Below, piece after piece: positions 8,492-17,083 of a stretch of DNA of 34,794 bases. A model generated the notes under the pieces. It was not told the origin of the DNA. It searched no databases and saw only the letters and a list, made by a program, of their open reading frames with translations. Where the stretch lies: the NCBI GenBank assembly GCA_039030515.1, contig JBCCEA010000036.1, positions 1-34,794 of the forward strand, written 5' to 3'. Each line of letters begins with the position of its first letter. Position 1 is the stretch's first letter. The DNA comes from Myxococcota bacterium. Its GTDB lineage: Bacteria > Myxococcota_A > Polyangia > Polyangiales > Houyiibacteriaceae. Made by a program: the position numbers and the translations under genes.

Positions 8492-10423
8492 ATGTTCAGT
8501 TCCGAAGATCTCTCGCCGACCCCAATTGAGCAGCGGGTACTTCTCGAAGGAGCCGTTCGATCGAAAAGCCTGGCCAAATCCGGAGCGCGTAGGGCGCTGG
8601 GAATCGTCCACACGCCTCTTCAGATCGCGAGGTTTTTGATTCGTGAAGCCGACCGACGGGTTCAGTCCGAGTTTTCGCTGCCAAACGGCATAGCCTCCCG
8701 TGGTGTCGGACTGATCGATCCGGCCTGTGGTCCTGGAGTCTTCCTCGCCGCAGCGCTCGGGTGGGCGGGCCAGCGCAGCTCAACTCCTACGGCCGTCTTC
8801 GGTCTCGATGTCGATGCGGATGCGCTTCAGTCGGCACAGGATACCCTCGGTCCACCGCTGGCCCAGGCGGGGTGGCCGTACCGGTTCGATGTACGCAATA
8901 CCCTCGATTGGGAGCCGGACTGGGCTGGGGCCGGAGTCGAGCAGGTCGCGATCGTAGGCAATCCTCCCTGGGCCGTCCGATCCCGCAGCCGGGGTGTGGT
9001 GCTTTCGGATACCTGGCTTGAGGACTTTCGGCGGGACGCGCAGGGAGACCGCCTTCGAGAAGCCAGGCTCGGTGTACTGTCAGATGACTATGTTCGCTTC
9101 CTCCGATGGGGTGCAGAGATGGTCCGCCGTGCCCCGTCGGGCGGCGTTCTGGCCATGGTCACGAACGGGAGCTATCTCGATGGGCCTGTGCACCGGGGCA
9201 TGAGACGTTGCCTGTTGGAATGGTTCGATCGCGTGGATATCGTCGACCTTGGGGGCAACGCGCGGGTTGCCTCTGGGGCTGTTCGAGATGAGAACCTGTT
9301 CGGTGCATCTACGTCTGCAGCCTGTCTCATCGCTGTCCGGAGCGGGCGAGAGCGCCGTCATTCGCCTGGGCGCAGACCGTTATGGAGCTGCAACTATCGA
9401 AGTGTGCGCGGAAGCCGGTCCGCAAAGCTGCTCGCGTTGACAGAGTCGATGCCGGCGCGGCAGGACAGCATACTCGAGCCCACATCTCCACACTATTTGC
9501 TGGTTCCCGCAGGTACCTCTTTTCCAAAGGGCTGGATCGGTCTCGATGACGCGATCCCCTTTCACCGCGAAGGAGTTCAAACCAATCGAGACGGATTGGC
9601 TGTAGCCGACGACCTCGACCAGTTGCGCCGGCAGCTGACCGACTACGCTCATGCTGATTCTCGGGCTGGGGACGCAGCGATGGCGTTTCCCTCGACGCGA
9701 CATTACGACGCGAATCGAGCCCGAATTGCGCTTCGGAAGTGTCTTGAGGCCGAAGAGTTGCCGGTACGGCGCATCGCTTATCGACCCCACATCAATCGGT
9801 GGTTTGTGACCGCGCCTTGGCTGTGCCATCGGCCCCGATCCAGCCTGCTTCAGGCGGTGGACCACTCGGAACTGGTATTGCTTACCGTGAGAAAGGATCG
9901 AGGAGACGCCCCGTGGAATCATTTTGGCTCGACCACCTTCGCACCGGACAATTGCTGGCTTTCTAGTCGCTCTTCCTGTCGAACGAGGGCCTTTCCGTCG
10001 CATTCACCGACGGGCGAGCCGAATTTATGCTTCGAAACGCTTTCCGCATGGTGGCCCTTAGGCAGCCCGCAGCCCGCGGCATTTCTTCACTACGCGCTCG
10101 CCATTTTGGCTACAGAATCCTACCGCAACGTCTTTGATGATGCGCTACGACGCTCCTATCCATGCCTGCCTCCTCCGACCAGCGCCGCCTGGTTTACCTC
10201 GGTGGCGGCGGTAGGCGCCCGTCTTCATGAAGCATTTTGCGCTGTTGCGACCTCAACCTCAGTTTTGAGCAAGCCCTCGGCCCTCAGGGTAGACGATCCC
10301 GAAACGTGGCGTATCGGACATCGGCACGTCACCACTGAGACTGACGGGTTCCGGGAGGTCTACACCGAGGTTCAGCGTATTGTCGGACTGGAATTCGATA
10401 GGATGCGAAAATTAGAATCCTGA
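8492..10423 (+). CDS. N6-adenine DNA methyltransferase with a type ISP-like C-terminal target-recognition region (no nuclease or helicase)
   Basis: Motifs GIVHTP, LIDPACGPGVFL (motif I), VGNPPW (motif IV), DDYVRFLRW, TNGSYLDG..HRGMR..L..WFD, DENLF, GVQTNRD, YRP and Y.LAIL....YR. Start placed at ATG 8492 after GGGAG; alternatives are 8447 and 8465. Confidence 0.82.
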   Translation: MFSSEDLSPTPIEQRVLLEGAVRSKSLAKSGARRALGIVHTPLQIARFLIREADRRVQSEFSLPNGIASRGVGLIDPACGPGVFLAAALGWAGQRSSTPTAVFGLDVDADALQSAQDTLGPPLAQAGWPYRFDVRNTLDWEPDWAGAGVEQVAIVGNPPWAVRSRSRGVVLSDTWLEDFRRDAQGDRLREARLGVLSDDYVRFLRWGAEMVRRAPSGGVLAMVTNGSYLDGPVHRGMRRCLLEWFDRVDIVDLGGNARVASGAVRDENLFGASTSAACLIAVRSGRERRHSPGRRPLWSCNYRSVRGSRSAKLLALTESMPARQDSILEPTSPHYLLVPAGTSFPKGWIGLDDAIPFHREGVQTNRDGLAVADDLDQLRRQLTDYAHADSRAGDAAMAFPSTRHYDANRARIALRKCLEAEELPVRRIAYRPHINRWFVTAPWLCHRPRSSLLQAVDHSELVLLTVRKDRGDAPWNHFGSTTFAPDNCWLSSRSSCRTRAFPSHSPTGEPNLCFETLSAWWPLGSPQPAAFLHYALAILATESYRNVFDDALRRSYPCLPPPTSAAWFTSVAAVGARLHEAFCAVATSTSVLSKPSALRVDDPETWRIGHRHVTTETDGFREVYTEVQRIVGLEFDRMRKLES

Positions 10424-10425
10424 GA

Positions 10426-10454
10426 TTGACGGGGCTGTTCGCGAATGCCACGAT
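10426..10454 (+). promoter_or_regulatory. Putative sigma70-type promoter for the Ser/Thr kinase
   Basis: TTGACG-N17-CACGAT. Confidence 0.4.
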
Positions 10455-10469
10455 TTTAGTGAGGGAGTT

Positions 10470-11615
10470 CTGCGCGCATCGTCCCAAATACCTCAAAACT
10501 ATCGGAATCTTCCGATCCAATACCGCCCCATAAGTCGAATTGCAGTAGGTGGCATGGCGGAGATCTGGCGTGCCGAGGCGATCCTGCCAAACGGAACTTC
10601 GTCACCGGTCGCCATCAAGCGTGTTCTCCCCGAGCTTGCCTCCAAAAACCCGTTGTACCGCTCGATGTTCGAGGACGAGGCTCGGTTGGGAATGCTGCTG
10701 AGTCACCCCAACATCGTGCACGTTTTCGATGCAAAGGAGGTCGCAGGGACCTTTCTCATGCTGATGGAGCTGGTGGATGGTACATCCCTGAAGAGTCTCG
10801 TCGAAGAAGCTCAAGACAGAGGTGCGGTCATGCCTTTGCCGGCAACGCTTTATATCGCGAGACAGCTCGCTAGGGCGCTCGAATACGCCCACAATGCCCG
10901 CACGCATGAAGGGCAACCACTCGGAATCATTCATCGAGACGTGTCGCCTCACAACCTACTTCTCGGCAGCAATGGAGACGTCAAGCTGGCAGACTTTGGC
11001 TTGGCCGATGCGAGCGTCCACGAAGCCTCCACCGGAGAGCTCGTCGGAGGTAAGCTCGGCTACCTCGCCCCCGAGGTCGTGCAACAGCTGGATTCTGACG
11101 CCCGCATCGATCTTTTTGCGACGGGCATCATCCTCTGGGAGCTTTTGGCAGGCCGTCGCTTGTTCCAGCGCAAGACGGATGTCGAAACCTTGCGTGCGGT
11201 CGTTCGCTGTGAGGTGCCTGCGCTTACCCAATTCAACCCCAAGCTCCCCTCCGAAGTGGAGCGACTGATCGCCCGACTGCTCTTGCGGGATCGGGAGCAG
11301 CGTATCGGTAGCGCTGCCGAGCTCGAAGCTGAGCTTGGGTTGCTGATCGAAGCTTATGGCTCCGGCGTGGGTGCCTCGGATGTATCCCTCCTGGTGGGCC
11401 TGCATTTGGCTCGTTCAGCGTCCGACTCGAGAGAATACGAAGAGCCAGGACTTGAGATCGCGGCGGTTCTCGAGGAGATGAGCGTGTTTGCCCAGGCTGC
11501 CTCGAGCGATACGGACGGCGAAACTCCTCTTAATCCGGATGACTTTCAGCGGAGCGAATACGTCGAAGAGCTTCCAGACTACAGCGGCAGTGGGGTACAT
11601 CGACGTCCTGATTGA
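10470..11615 (+). CDS. Cytoplasmic Hanks-type Ser/Thr protein kinase with an acidic C-terminal tail
   Basis: Motifs VAIKR, FEDEAR, HPNIV, HRDVSPHN, DFG, GKLGYLAPE and DLFATG. Subdomain I (YRPISRIAVGGM) is in frame upstream of ATG 10554, so the start is tentatively CTG 10470. The conventional call is 10554. Confidence 0.88.
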   Translation: MRASSQIPQNYRNLPIQYRPISRIAVGGMAEIWRAEAILPNGTSSPVAIKRVLPELASKNPLYRSMFEDEARLGMLLSHPNIVHVFDAKEVAGTFLMLMELVDGTSLKSLVEEAQDRGAVMPLPATLYIARQLARALEYAHNARTHEGQPLGIIHRDVSPHNLLLGSNGDVKLADFGLADASVHEASTGELVGGKLGYLAPEVVQQLDSDARIDLFATGIILWELLAGRRLFQRKTDVETLRAVVRCEVPALTQFNPKLPSEVERLIARLLLRDREQRIGSAAELEAELGLLIEAYGSGVGASDVSLLVGLHLARSASDSREYEEPGLEIAAVLEEMSVFAQAASSDTDGETPLNPDDFQRSEYVEELPDYSGSGVHRRPD

Positions 11616-11670
11616 GATAGAGCTTCCGCTTCGAGCGATACGCGTTCGACCTGGTCCTGCGGACTGGAAC

Positions 11671-12867
11671 CTACTCGGCGAGAGCCGCATCGACCTCACA
11701 GGCGCAAAGACCCTGAGCTGTGAGGGAGTACAGTCGGGCGCTAATGCCATGAGGCGCGTTGCGAGATTCCTTGGCGATCGACTGTCGCATAGATTCGCGC
11801 AGCGGAACGTCTGTTGCCGAACACGCGACGAGCCGATCGCGGTGGGGAACCGCACAGACCACCTGGTCTCCAAGCTCGGCCGCCAGAACCTCGCGTAGAC
11901 CGGGCAGTATCAGGCGGCTCGCATCGAGACCGTCTCGGGTGCTTGCGACCACCATCGCTCCATGGCTGGTGTCTACTCTACTAAATCTCGCCTTGCTGGA
12001 GCGCTTCGCCAGGTTGTTTGTCGCGACTTTGAAGAGGGCTGGGAACTCCATTCCCCAAGTTCGGCACGCTCTCTCGGTCACAAAACGTAGCCGATCGCCG
12101 TAGTCGATCACAAAGCCGAGGGTCAGGTCTCCAACCAAGTCGCAGAGCGCAAGCTCTCGGCCCGATGCGTCCAGCTTGTCTTGAAATGAACGTCCCACGA
12201 GCCGCGGGAGCAGACGATCTCGAATCTCTGCAAAGTCCTCTCGTGCTCGATCGGGATCTCGGACCCCGCTTAGCATTCGGACCATCTGACGGGCTGCCTT
12301 CTTGAGAGCGCTTGGATCGCCAGCGAGTCCCCGCAGTCTCCTCAGATCGACATCGACCCCGTCGTTGAGCGTGACTTCGAGGTCAAAGGTGTCCTCCACA
12401 GCGAGATCGTCTGATATTTCTTGCAAAGCAGATGCAAAAACAGAGACGATCGATGAAACTGGTCCGTTTCCAGCCGCTTCCGATTCTGCCTCTCGAACCG
12501 CAAGGGCCAGTGCGTCCCGCGGATTCTCTGCGTCGAGCGCCGAGCTCATCGCCTCAAACGGATCGAAGACTCCAAAGCGACTGAGCCGGACGCGATGACT
12601 TCCTGAACGTGCAAAGTGGGAAGCGGACTCGAAGTGATCCAGCAAAAGCACCGCGAGCAAAGAGCCGGCTCCTTCAACAAACGCCCGATCTTCTTCCTCA
12701 GCACCGCTTGAAGAGGCTCGGTAGCGACCGAGCGTACGGCCAAGCCAAAGAACGCCCGTCTTGCCGCGCGGCCACGGATCTTCTGGCGGCATTGCTGCAA
12801 TAAACTTCAGCGCTGCCTCGACAAAGGGACCGCCGCGAGCGGCAAGATGTTCAATCCAAAGGGTCAT
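11671..12867 (-). CDS. Hypothetical protein with a C-terminal DUF1444-like domain
   Basis: C-terminal half shows the RLLPRL...LVGDL..GFVID....RFVT....WG......A..NL...DG.DASRLIL...AVPHRD pattern. Confidence 0.65.
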   Translation of the reverse strand: MTLWIEHLAARGGPFVEAALKFIAAMPPEDPWPRGKTGVLWLGRTLGRYRASSSGAEEEDRAFVEGAGSLLAVLLLDHFESASHFARSGSHRVRLSRFGVFDPFEAMSSALDAENPRDALALAVREAESEAAGNGPVSSIVSVFASALQEISDDLAVEDTFDLEVTLNDGVDVDLRRLRGLAGDPSALKKAARQMVRMLSGVRDPDRAREDFAEIRDRLLPRLVGRSFQDKLDASGRELALCDLVGDLTLGFVIDYGDRLRFVTERACRTWGMEFPALFKVATNNLAKRSSKARFSRVDTSHGAMVVASTRDGLDASRLILPGLREVLAAELGDQVVCAVPHRDRLVACSATDVPLRESMRQSIAKESRNAPHGISARLYSLTAQGLCACEVDAALAE

Positions 12868-13011
12868 CGTCGGCTCCTATGAAGATCCATCGCGTCGATG
12901 ATTTCGAATCTTCGAGGTCAGTTCAATGCTTTTCCTGACACTCGATCGACACTTCGTTCTCGCTCTATCGCGCGCCGACGCAGGTAGGAAGACGTGCTAG
13001 GCCGAGCGTCT

Positions 13012-13359
13012 ATGGCAAAAGCTAGAAAGAAGTCGAAGCAAAAGACGGCACCGAGCGCGGTAGAGCGGTCGGGCTCCAAGCAGCATGCCCGCACTGAGTC
13101 GCCGAGGAGTGCTGCAGAAACCCATTCGGGCGTCGAGACGGATGCTCGCATGGAGGCCCGAGCGAAGCCGGAACCGGGAGCAGCGTCCAAAGCTCAGTCG
13201 CAATCGCCGAATGACAGAAGGGTGGGTTTGGCGGTCGACCCCAATCTTCCCCGGCCGGATGGTCCACGGGTTTCCGAGCACGGTGGGTTGTATTTTGTCG
13301 GTACGATCTTTGCGCTCATCGTTCTTGCCATCATCGCCCAGGTCGCCACGCAAAACTGA
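13012..13359 (+). CDS. Small tail-anchored membrane protein with a disordered basic N-terminus
   Basis: ATG 13012, a low-complexity K/S/E-rich region, and a single C-terminal hydrophobic helix (GLYFVGTIFALIVLAIIAQV). Confidence 0.65.
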   Translation: MAKARKKSKQKTAPSAVERSGSKQHARTESPRSAAETHSGVETDARMEARAKPEPGAASKAQSQSPNDRRVGLAVDPNLPRPDGPRVSEHGGLYFVGTIFALIVLAIIAQVATQN

Positions 13360-13421
13360 ATTGACCGATCTTCGAATCGATGACTTGAAAGAGAGACTCA
13401 GCCCTGGTCCACTCGGACTGT

Positions 13422-14546
13422 ATGGGTGAACTCTCTGAGACGCTTGACCAGTTGGCGCAGGTTTTCGATCGTCTGCCTTTTGTCGGTCGCGTTAAAAAAG
13501 ACGTCGATCAGTTGAGAAGATTGCTTCACGCCCGTCGCCCCTGTCGCGTGGTGGCCGCGGGTCCAGCTGCTGATCGGATCGCGGCGAAGCTCTGCGGAGC
13601 CTGCGCCACGCTCTACTCTGTGCGGGATACCGTGACCGCAGGCGATCGCGGCGCGGCCGACAGTGATCAGGACCGGCGAAACTCCATGGGTCAGCACACC
13701 CAGGTTGGGATCGATGCGGGTACTGAAGAGCCGTCTTGGGAGAAGAAGACATGTGGAGCGGGTCGGGTTGATTGGCTTAGGATATGGCCCCGTTCCGGGA
13801 GAGATGCGCTCGTTCGGGCGGTGTCGGTCGCTCCGCCCGATTTGGTGGTTTGGTCAGGGACAAGGGATGAGTTTGCCGCATCCGCGGACGCACTGTACGG
13901 GCAGCTAGATTGTTTTTCGGAGGGTCGGTCTGGCCGCCTTTTGGTCTGCGTGGTGCTGCTCGAAGGACCGAGCGCCGCGTCGTCCGTTCCGCGGCGAGAG
14001 TTTCCCGAAATTGAGCGTTTCCTAAAGCATGCCGCCTTTGAAAGGCATGAGGATGCAGGGCGGGTTTTTTGGCTAGAGCACGGAGAGCCTGGACTGACCA
14101 GCGGCGCGAGCGATTGGGCCGCCGTCGCCGACTGGATCGTAGACGCACTGCCGACCGAAGCCAAAGTGGAGGCAGCGCGTCTATTCACCGAGGCCCGGCA
14201 GGCGCGCCGCCGCGTCGCAGGCCAGCTCATCCATGCCTGTTCAACTTTGGCGGTAACCGTTGCCCTGACTCCGATACCCCTCAGTGATGTGGCGGTTCTC
14301 GCGCCCCTGCAGGTCACCATGATCAGCGCGCTTGCCCATCTTTCGGGACGTGAGGTAGGGATGAAGACTGCCAAAGAATGGATGGGTAGGCTTGGTTTCG
14401 TGGGCGGGGCTGGTTTTGGATTTCGTTTTACCGCGCAGCAGTTGGTCAAGTTCGTTCCAGGAGCGGGAAGCTTGATTTCGGCAGGAGTAGCAGGAGCAGG
14501 GACGGTGGCTCTCGGTCGCGCGGCGATGCGATGCTTCAAACTTTGA
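13422..14546 (+). CDS. DUF697/YcjF-like membrane protein with a degenerate N-terminal domain
   Basis: C-terminus PIPLSDVAVLAPLQVTMI..LA..SG...QQLVKFVPGAGSLISAGVAGAGTVALGRAA is typical of DUF697. Confidence 0.75.
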   Translation: MGELSETLDQLAQVFDRLPFVGRVKKDVDQLRRLLHARRPCRVVAAGPAADRIAAKLCGACATLYSVRDTVTAGDRGAADSDQDRRNSMGQHTQVGIDAGTEEPSWEKKTCGAGRVDWLRIWPRSGRDALVRAVSVAPPDLVVWSGTRDEFAASADALYGQLDCFSEGRSGRLLVCVVLLEGPSAASSVPRREFPEIERFLKHAAFERHEDAGRVFWLEHGEPGLTSGASDWAAVADWIVDALPTEAKVEAARLFTEARQARRRVAGQLIHACSTLAVTVALTPIPLSDVAVLAPLQVTMISALAHLSGREVGMKTAKEWMGRLGFVGGAGFGFRFTAQQLVKFVPGAGSLISAGVAGAGTVALGRAAMRCFKL

Positions 14547-14599
14547 ACGCAAACCCAGCACGGATGTTCGCTGGGCCCGTTAGCCGTTCACTCCAGTGT

Positions 14600-14992
14600 T
14601 CATTCGATGACGCCACCGGTGGTCTTAAGGTACGCAAGGAGCGCTTCTAACTCTTCTGCGTCGATCCGATTGGGACCGAAGCCGGGCATTCTGTCTTCAC
14701 CGAGTCGAACCTGTCGGCGCATCGCGGCGGCCGACCATTCAGCGTTATCGACTGCCGGTCCGACTCCAGATCCGCCTCCCGGGTGACAGCCTTCGCAAAA
14801 CTGGCTCCATACGGCTTCACCGGTAGCGATATCTACGGATGCGATCGGTCCGGCGAACACATCTGCCTCATGCCCGCGTTCGCCCCTTCCACCTGTGACC
14901 TCCGCGCCCTTGTGGCCGCCGCCGCAGGCTGCCGTAGTGACCAGGAACGCAGCCGCGGTGATCGTGCAGAGCCATTTTGAGAAGTTGAACAT
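14600..14992 (-). CDS. Monoheme c-type cytochrome lipoprotein
   Basis: Lipobox-like TTAAC-GG, heme motif CEGCH, distal Met in RMPGF, and EELEALLAYL helix. Confidence 0.9.
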   Translation of the reverse strand: MFNFSKWLCTITAAAFLVTTAACGGGHKGAEVTGGRGERGHEADVFAGPIASVDIATGEAVWSQFCEGCHPGGGSGVGPAVDNAEWSAAAMRRQVRLGEDRMPGFGPNRIDAEELEALLAYLKTTGGVIE

Positions 14993-15123
14993 CGTTGATT
15001 CCCATCTAGCATCATCTGGCTACCCGCTGTGTGGTCGAGCAGGCCATCGCTTGGTTGCGCACGTCACGCCCTCAATACCAACGTACCAACTGAGGCCATT
15101 TTACCGATTGAGGACGACGCAGA

Positions 15124-16908
15124 CTATGCCTGCCTCGGACTGTTCGAGGGGGTACGACGAAGCTGCACGAGCTGTTCTGACTGCATCCTGTTTGCTTCCG
15201 TGGTGTCGGAGAGGTCGCTATGGCATTTGGCCCGCACGCCGGGGTCAGAACGCATCGCTTTGCGCGTCTTACTCGCGAGATCATGAATCACTTCTGATGG
15301 CAGATATCCGCGCTGCTCCAAGAGCTCTTGCTGCTCTGGGGTCAGTGCTGGGCTTTTCACTATGCGGTCGCGTGTGAATCCTGCCGCCTTCCCAGAGGCA
15401 AACTCCTGAATCTCCTTGCTGATGCGAACAGAGCACCAATCGTGGCCGCACATTGCGCAAAAGTCCGTATCGACGTCGAGATCCTCGTCATGCAGTGCTC
15501 GGGCGGTGTCCGTATCAAACGCGAGCTCAAAATGCTTTTCCCAGTTGAGTGCAGCACGGGCCTTCGTGAGATTATCATCCCAGTCTCGCGTTCCGGGGAT
15601 GCCCAAGGCCACATCCGCCGCATGCGCTGCGATCTTGTAGGCGACGCAGCCCTGCTTTACGTCGTCTTTTTTTGGCAGTCCCAAATGCTCTTTTGGAGTC
15701 ACGTAGCAAAGCATGCTGGCTCCATGAAACCCGGCCGCGGTCGCTCCGATGCTGCTCGTGATGTGATCGTAGCCAGGAAACACATCCGTCACTAGGGGCC
15801 CAAGCACATAAAAGGGTGCGCCGTGACAGAGCGTGCGCTGAAGTTTCATGTTGTATTCAATTTGATCGAAAGGAACGTGTCCCGGCCCCTCTACCATCAC
15901 CTGGCAGCCTTTTCGCCAGGCTCGCTCGGTCAATCGGGCGAGTGTGTGCAGCTCGGCCAGCTGGGCTTCATCGGTGGCGTCGGCGAGGCCGCCGGGGCGC
16001 AGACCGTCACCGAGCGAAAAGCTCACGTCAAACTCCCGCATCACATCACAAATCGCCTCGAATTCGGTGTACATCAGGTTTTCGGCGTTGTGCGTCAGCA
16101 TCCATTTGGCGAGCAGTGAGCCTCCTCGAGAGACGATACCGATCAGTCGGTCGCGTACAAGCGAGAGGTGTTCTCGCAATACTCCTGCGTGAATCGTAAA
16201 GTAGTCGACGCCTTGAGACGCCTGATGATGCAGGGTTTCGAGGACAACCTCTCGGTTCAGATCTTCGAGCTTTCGATCGAGGATCATCGAGTAGATCGGA
16301 ACGGTGCCGATGGGCACTTTGGAGGCTTTCAGAATCGCCAGTCGACAAGAGTCCAGATCCCCTCCCGTAGACAGATCCATCACGGTATCCGCTCCCCATC
16401 GCTCCGACCATTTCAGCTTTTCGACTTCCTCTTCGGTTCCGGAAGAAATCGGGGAGGCGCCCATGTTGGCGTTTACCTTGGTCTTGGCTGCACGTCCGAT
16501 GACCATAGGTTCGAGCTGATAGCCTAGGTGAATACGGTTTGCGGGTAGGATCATGCGACCAGCCGCGATTTCGACGCGAATCGCCTCGGCAGTGAGATGA
16601 GGTTCTCGGAGCGCTGCGCGTTTCATCTCGCCCGTTACGATGCCTAGACGTGCGTGCTCCAGTTGCGTTAAGGGCTGAAAACCGGCCGGCGGCAGCCAGC
16701 GACCCGATTCGTTGGTCCAGTCTTCAGGCATGAAGTCCCAAGCGGTCTTGGTGCTGACCGGAGGCATGCCCGGCGTGTCCGGAGAAGAGTAGGCACGGGG
16801 CCCACCCACATCTGAGGCATGTGCGAACGACCCCGGAGAGGTGCTCTCGGTGTTGCTGGAGGGATTGTCGGCCCCGCGGGTCGGGAGTGAGTGAGGACTT
16901 TTTGGCAT
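15124..16908 (-). CDS. thiC: Phosphomethylpyrimidine synthase
   Basis: Motifs KVNANMG, GADTVMDLSTGG, GTVPIY, SRGGS, SLGDGLRPG, EGPGH, GYDHITS, CYVTPKEH and the Fe-S motif CAMCGHDWC. Preceded by a TPP riboswitch. Confidence 0.97.
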   Translation of the reverse strand: MPKSPHSLPTRGADNPSSNTESTSPGSFAHASDVGGPRAYSSPDTPGMPPVSTKTAWDFMPEDWTNESGRWLPPAGFQPLTQLEHARLGIVTGEMKRAALREPHLTAEAIRVEIAAGRMILPANRIHLGYQLEPMVIGRAAKTKVNANMGASPISSGTEEEVEKLKWSERWGADTVMDLSTGGDLDSCRLAILKASKVPIGTVPIYSMILDRKLEDLNREVVLETLHHQASQGVDYFTIHAGVLREHLSLVRDRLIGIVSRGGSLLAKWMLTHNAENLMYTEFEAICDVMREFDVSFSLGDGLRPGGLADATDEAQLAELHTLARLTERAWRKGCQVMVEGPGHVPFDQIEYNMKLQRTLCHGAPFYVLGPLVTDVFPGYDHITSSIGATAAGFHGASMLCYVTPKEHLGLPKKDDVKQGCVAYKIAAHAADVALGIPGTRDWDDNLTKARAALNWEKHFELAFDTDTARALHDEDLDVDTDFCAMCGHDWCSVRISKEIQEFASGKAAGFTRDRIVKSPALTPEQQELLEQRGYLPSEVIHDLASKTRKAMRSDPGVRAKCHSDLSDTTEANRMQSEQLVQLRRTPSNSPRQA

Positions 16909-16957
16909 CGCGGCTCTCCTTTTAACTCTGCGTCTTCGAGGAGGATGCGACAGCGAC

Positions 16958-17036
16958 GTCGCTTCCCTCCGCCGGTACGAACCGGATCAGGTTTTGCGGG
17001 TGCTTCTCAGCTGCGGTCGGCAGCGCCCCGAGCGAG
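16958..17036 (-). promoter_or_regulatory. TPP riboswitch aptamer upstream of thiC
   Basis: Minus strand reads CTCGCTCGGGGCGCTGCCGACCGCAGCTGAGAAGCACCCGCAAAACCTGATCCGGTTCGTACCGGCGGAGGGAAGCGAC. This contains the consensus GGGG..GCTGAGA..ACCC..AACCTGAT..GG....TACC.GCG.AGGGAA. Confidence 0.96.
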
Positions 17037-17083
17037 TAGCGAATCTAGCGCTACCATCGGCTTTCGGCTACACATTCGCGGCG

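Noticed and set aside
13691..14539. Long antisense and alternative-frame ORFs (e.g. 13691..14539, 9380..10003, 28695..29324, 30010..30669, 31311..32006)
   Set aside because: These are shadows of well-supported genes in GC-rich DNA, with R/S/A/P-rich composition and no recognisable motifs.
14554..14576. Rho-independent terminator between the convergent DUF697-like and cytochrome c genes (CCCAGC...GCTGGG)
   Set aside because: The stem is only 6 bp with a large loop and weak U tracts, which is too little support to list as a feature.
16994..17083. N-terminal extension of leuS in the ORF track
   Set aside because: It overlaps the TPP riboswitch on the opposite strand. LeuS homology starts at MAERY (17084).
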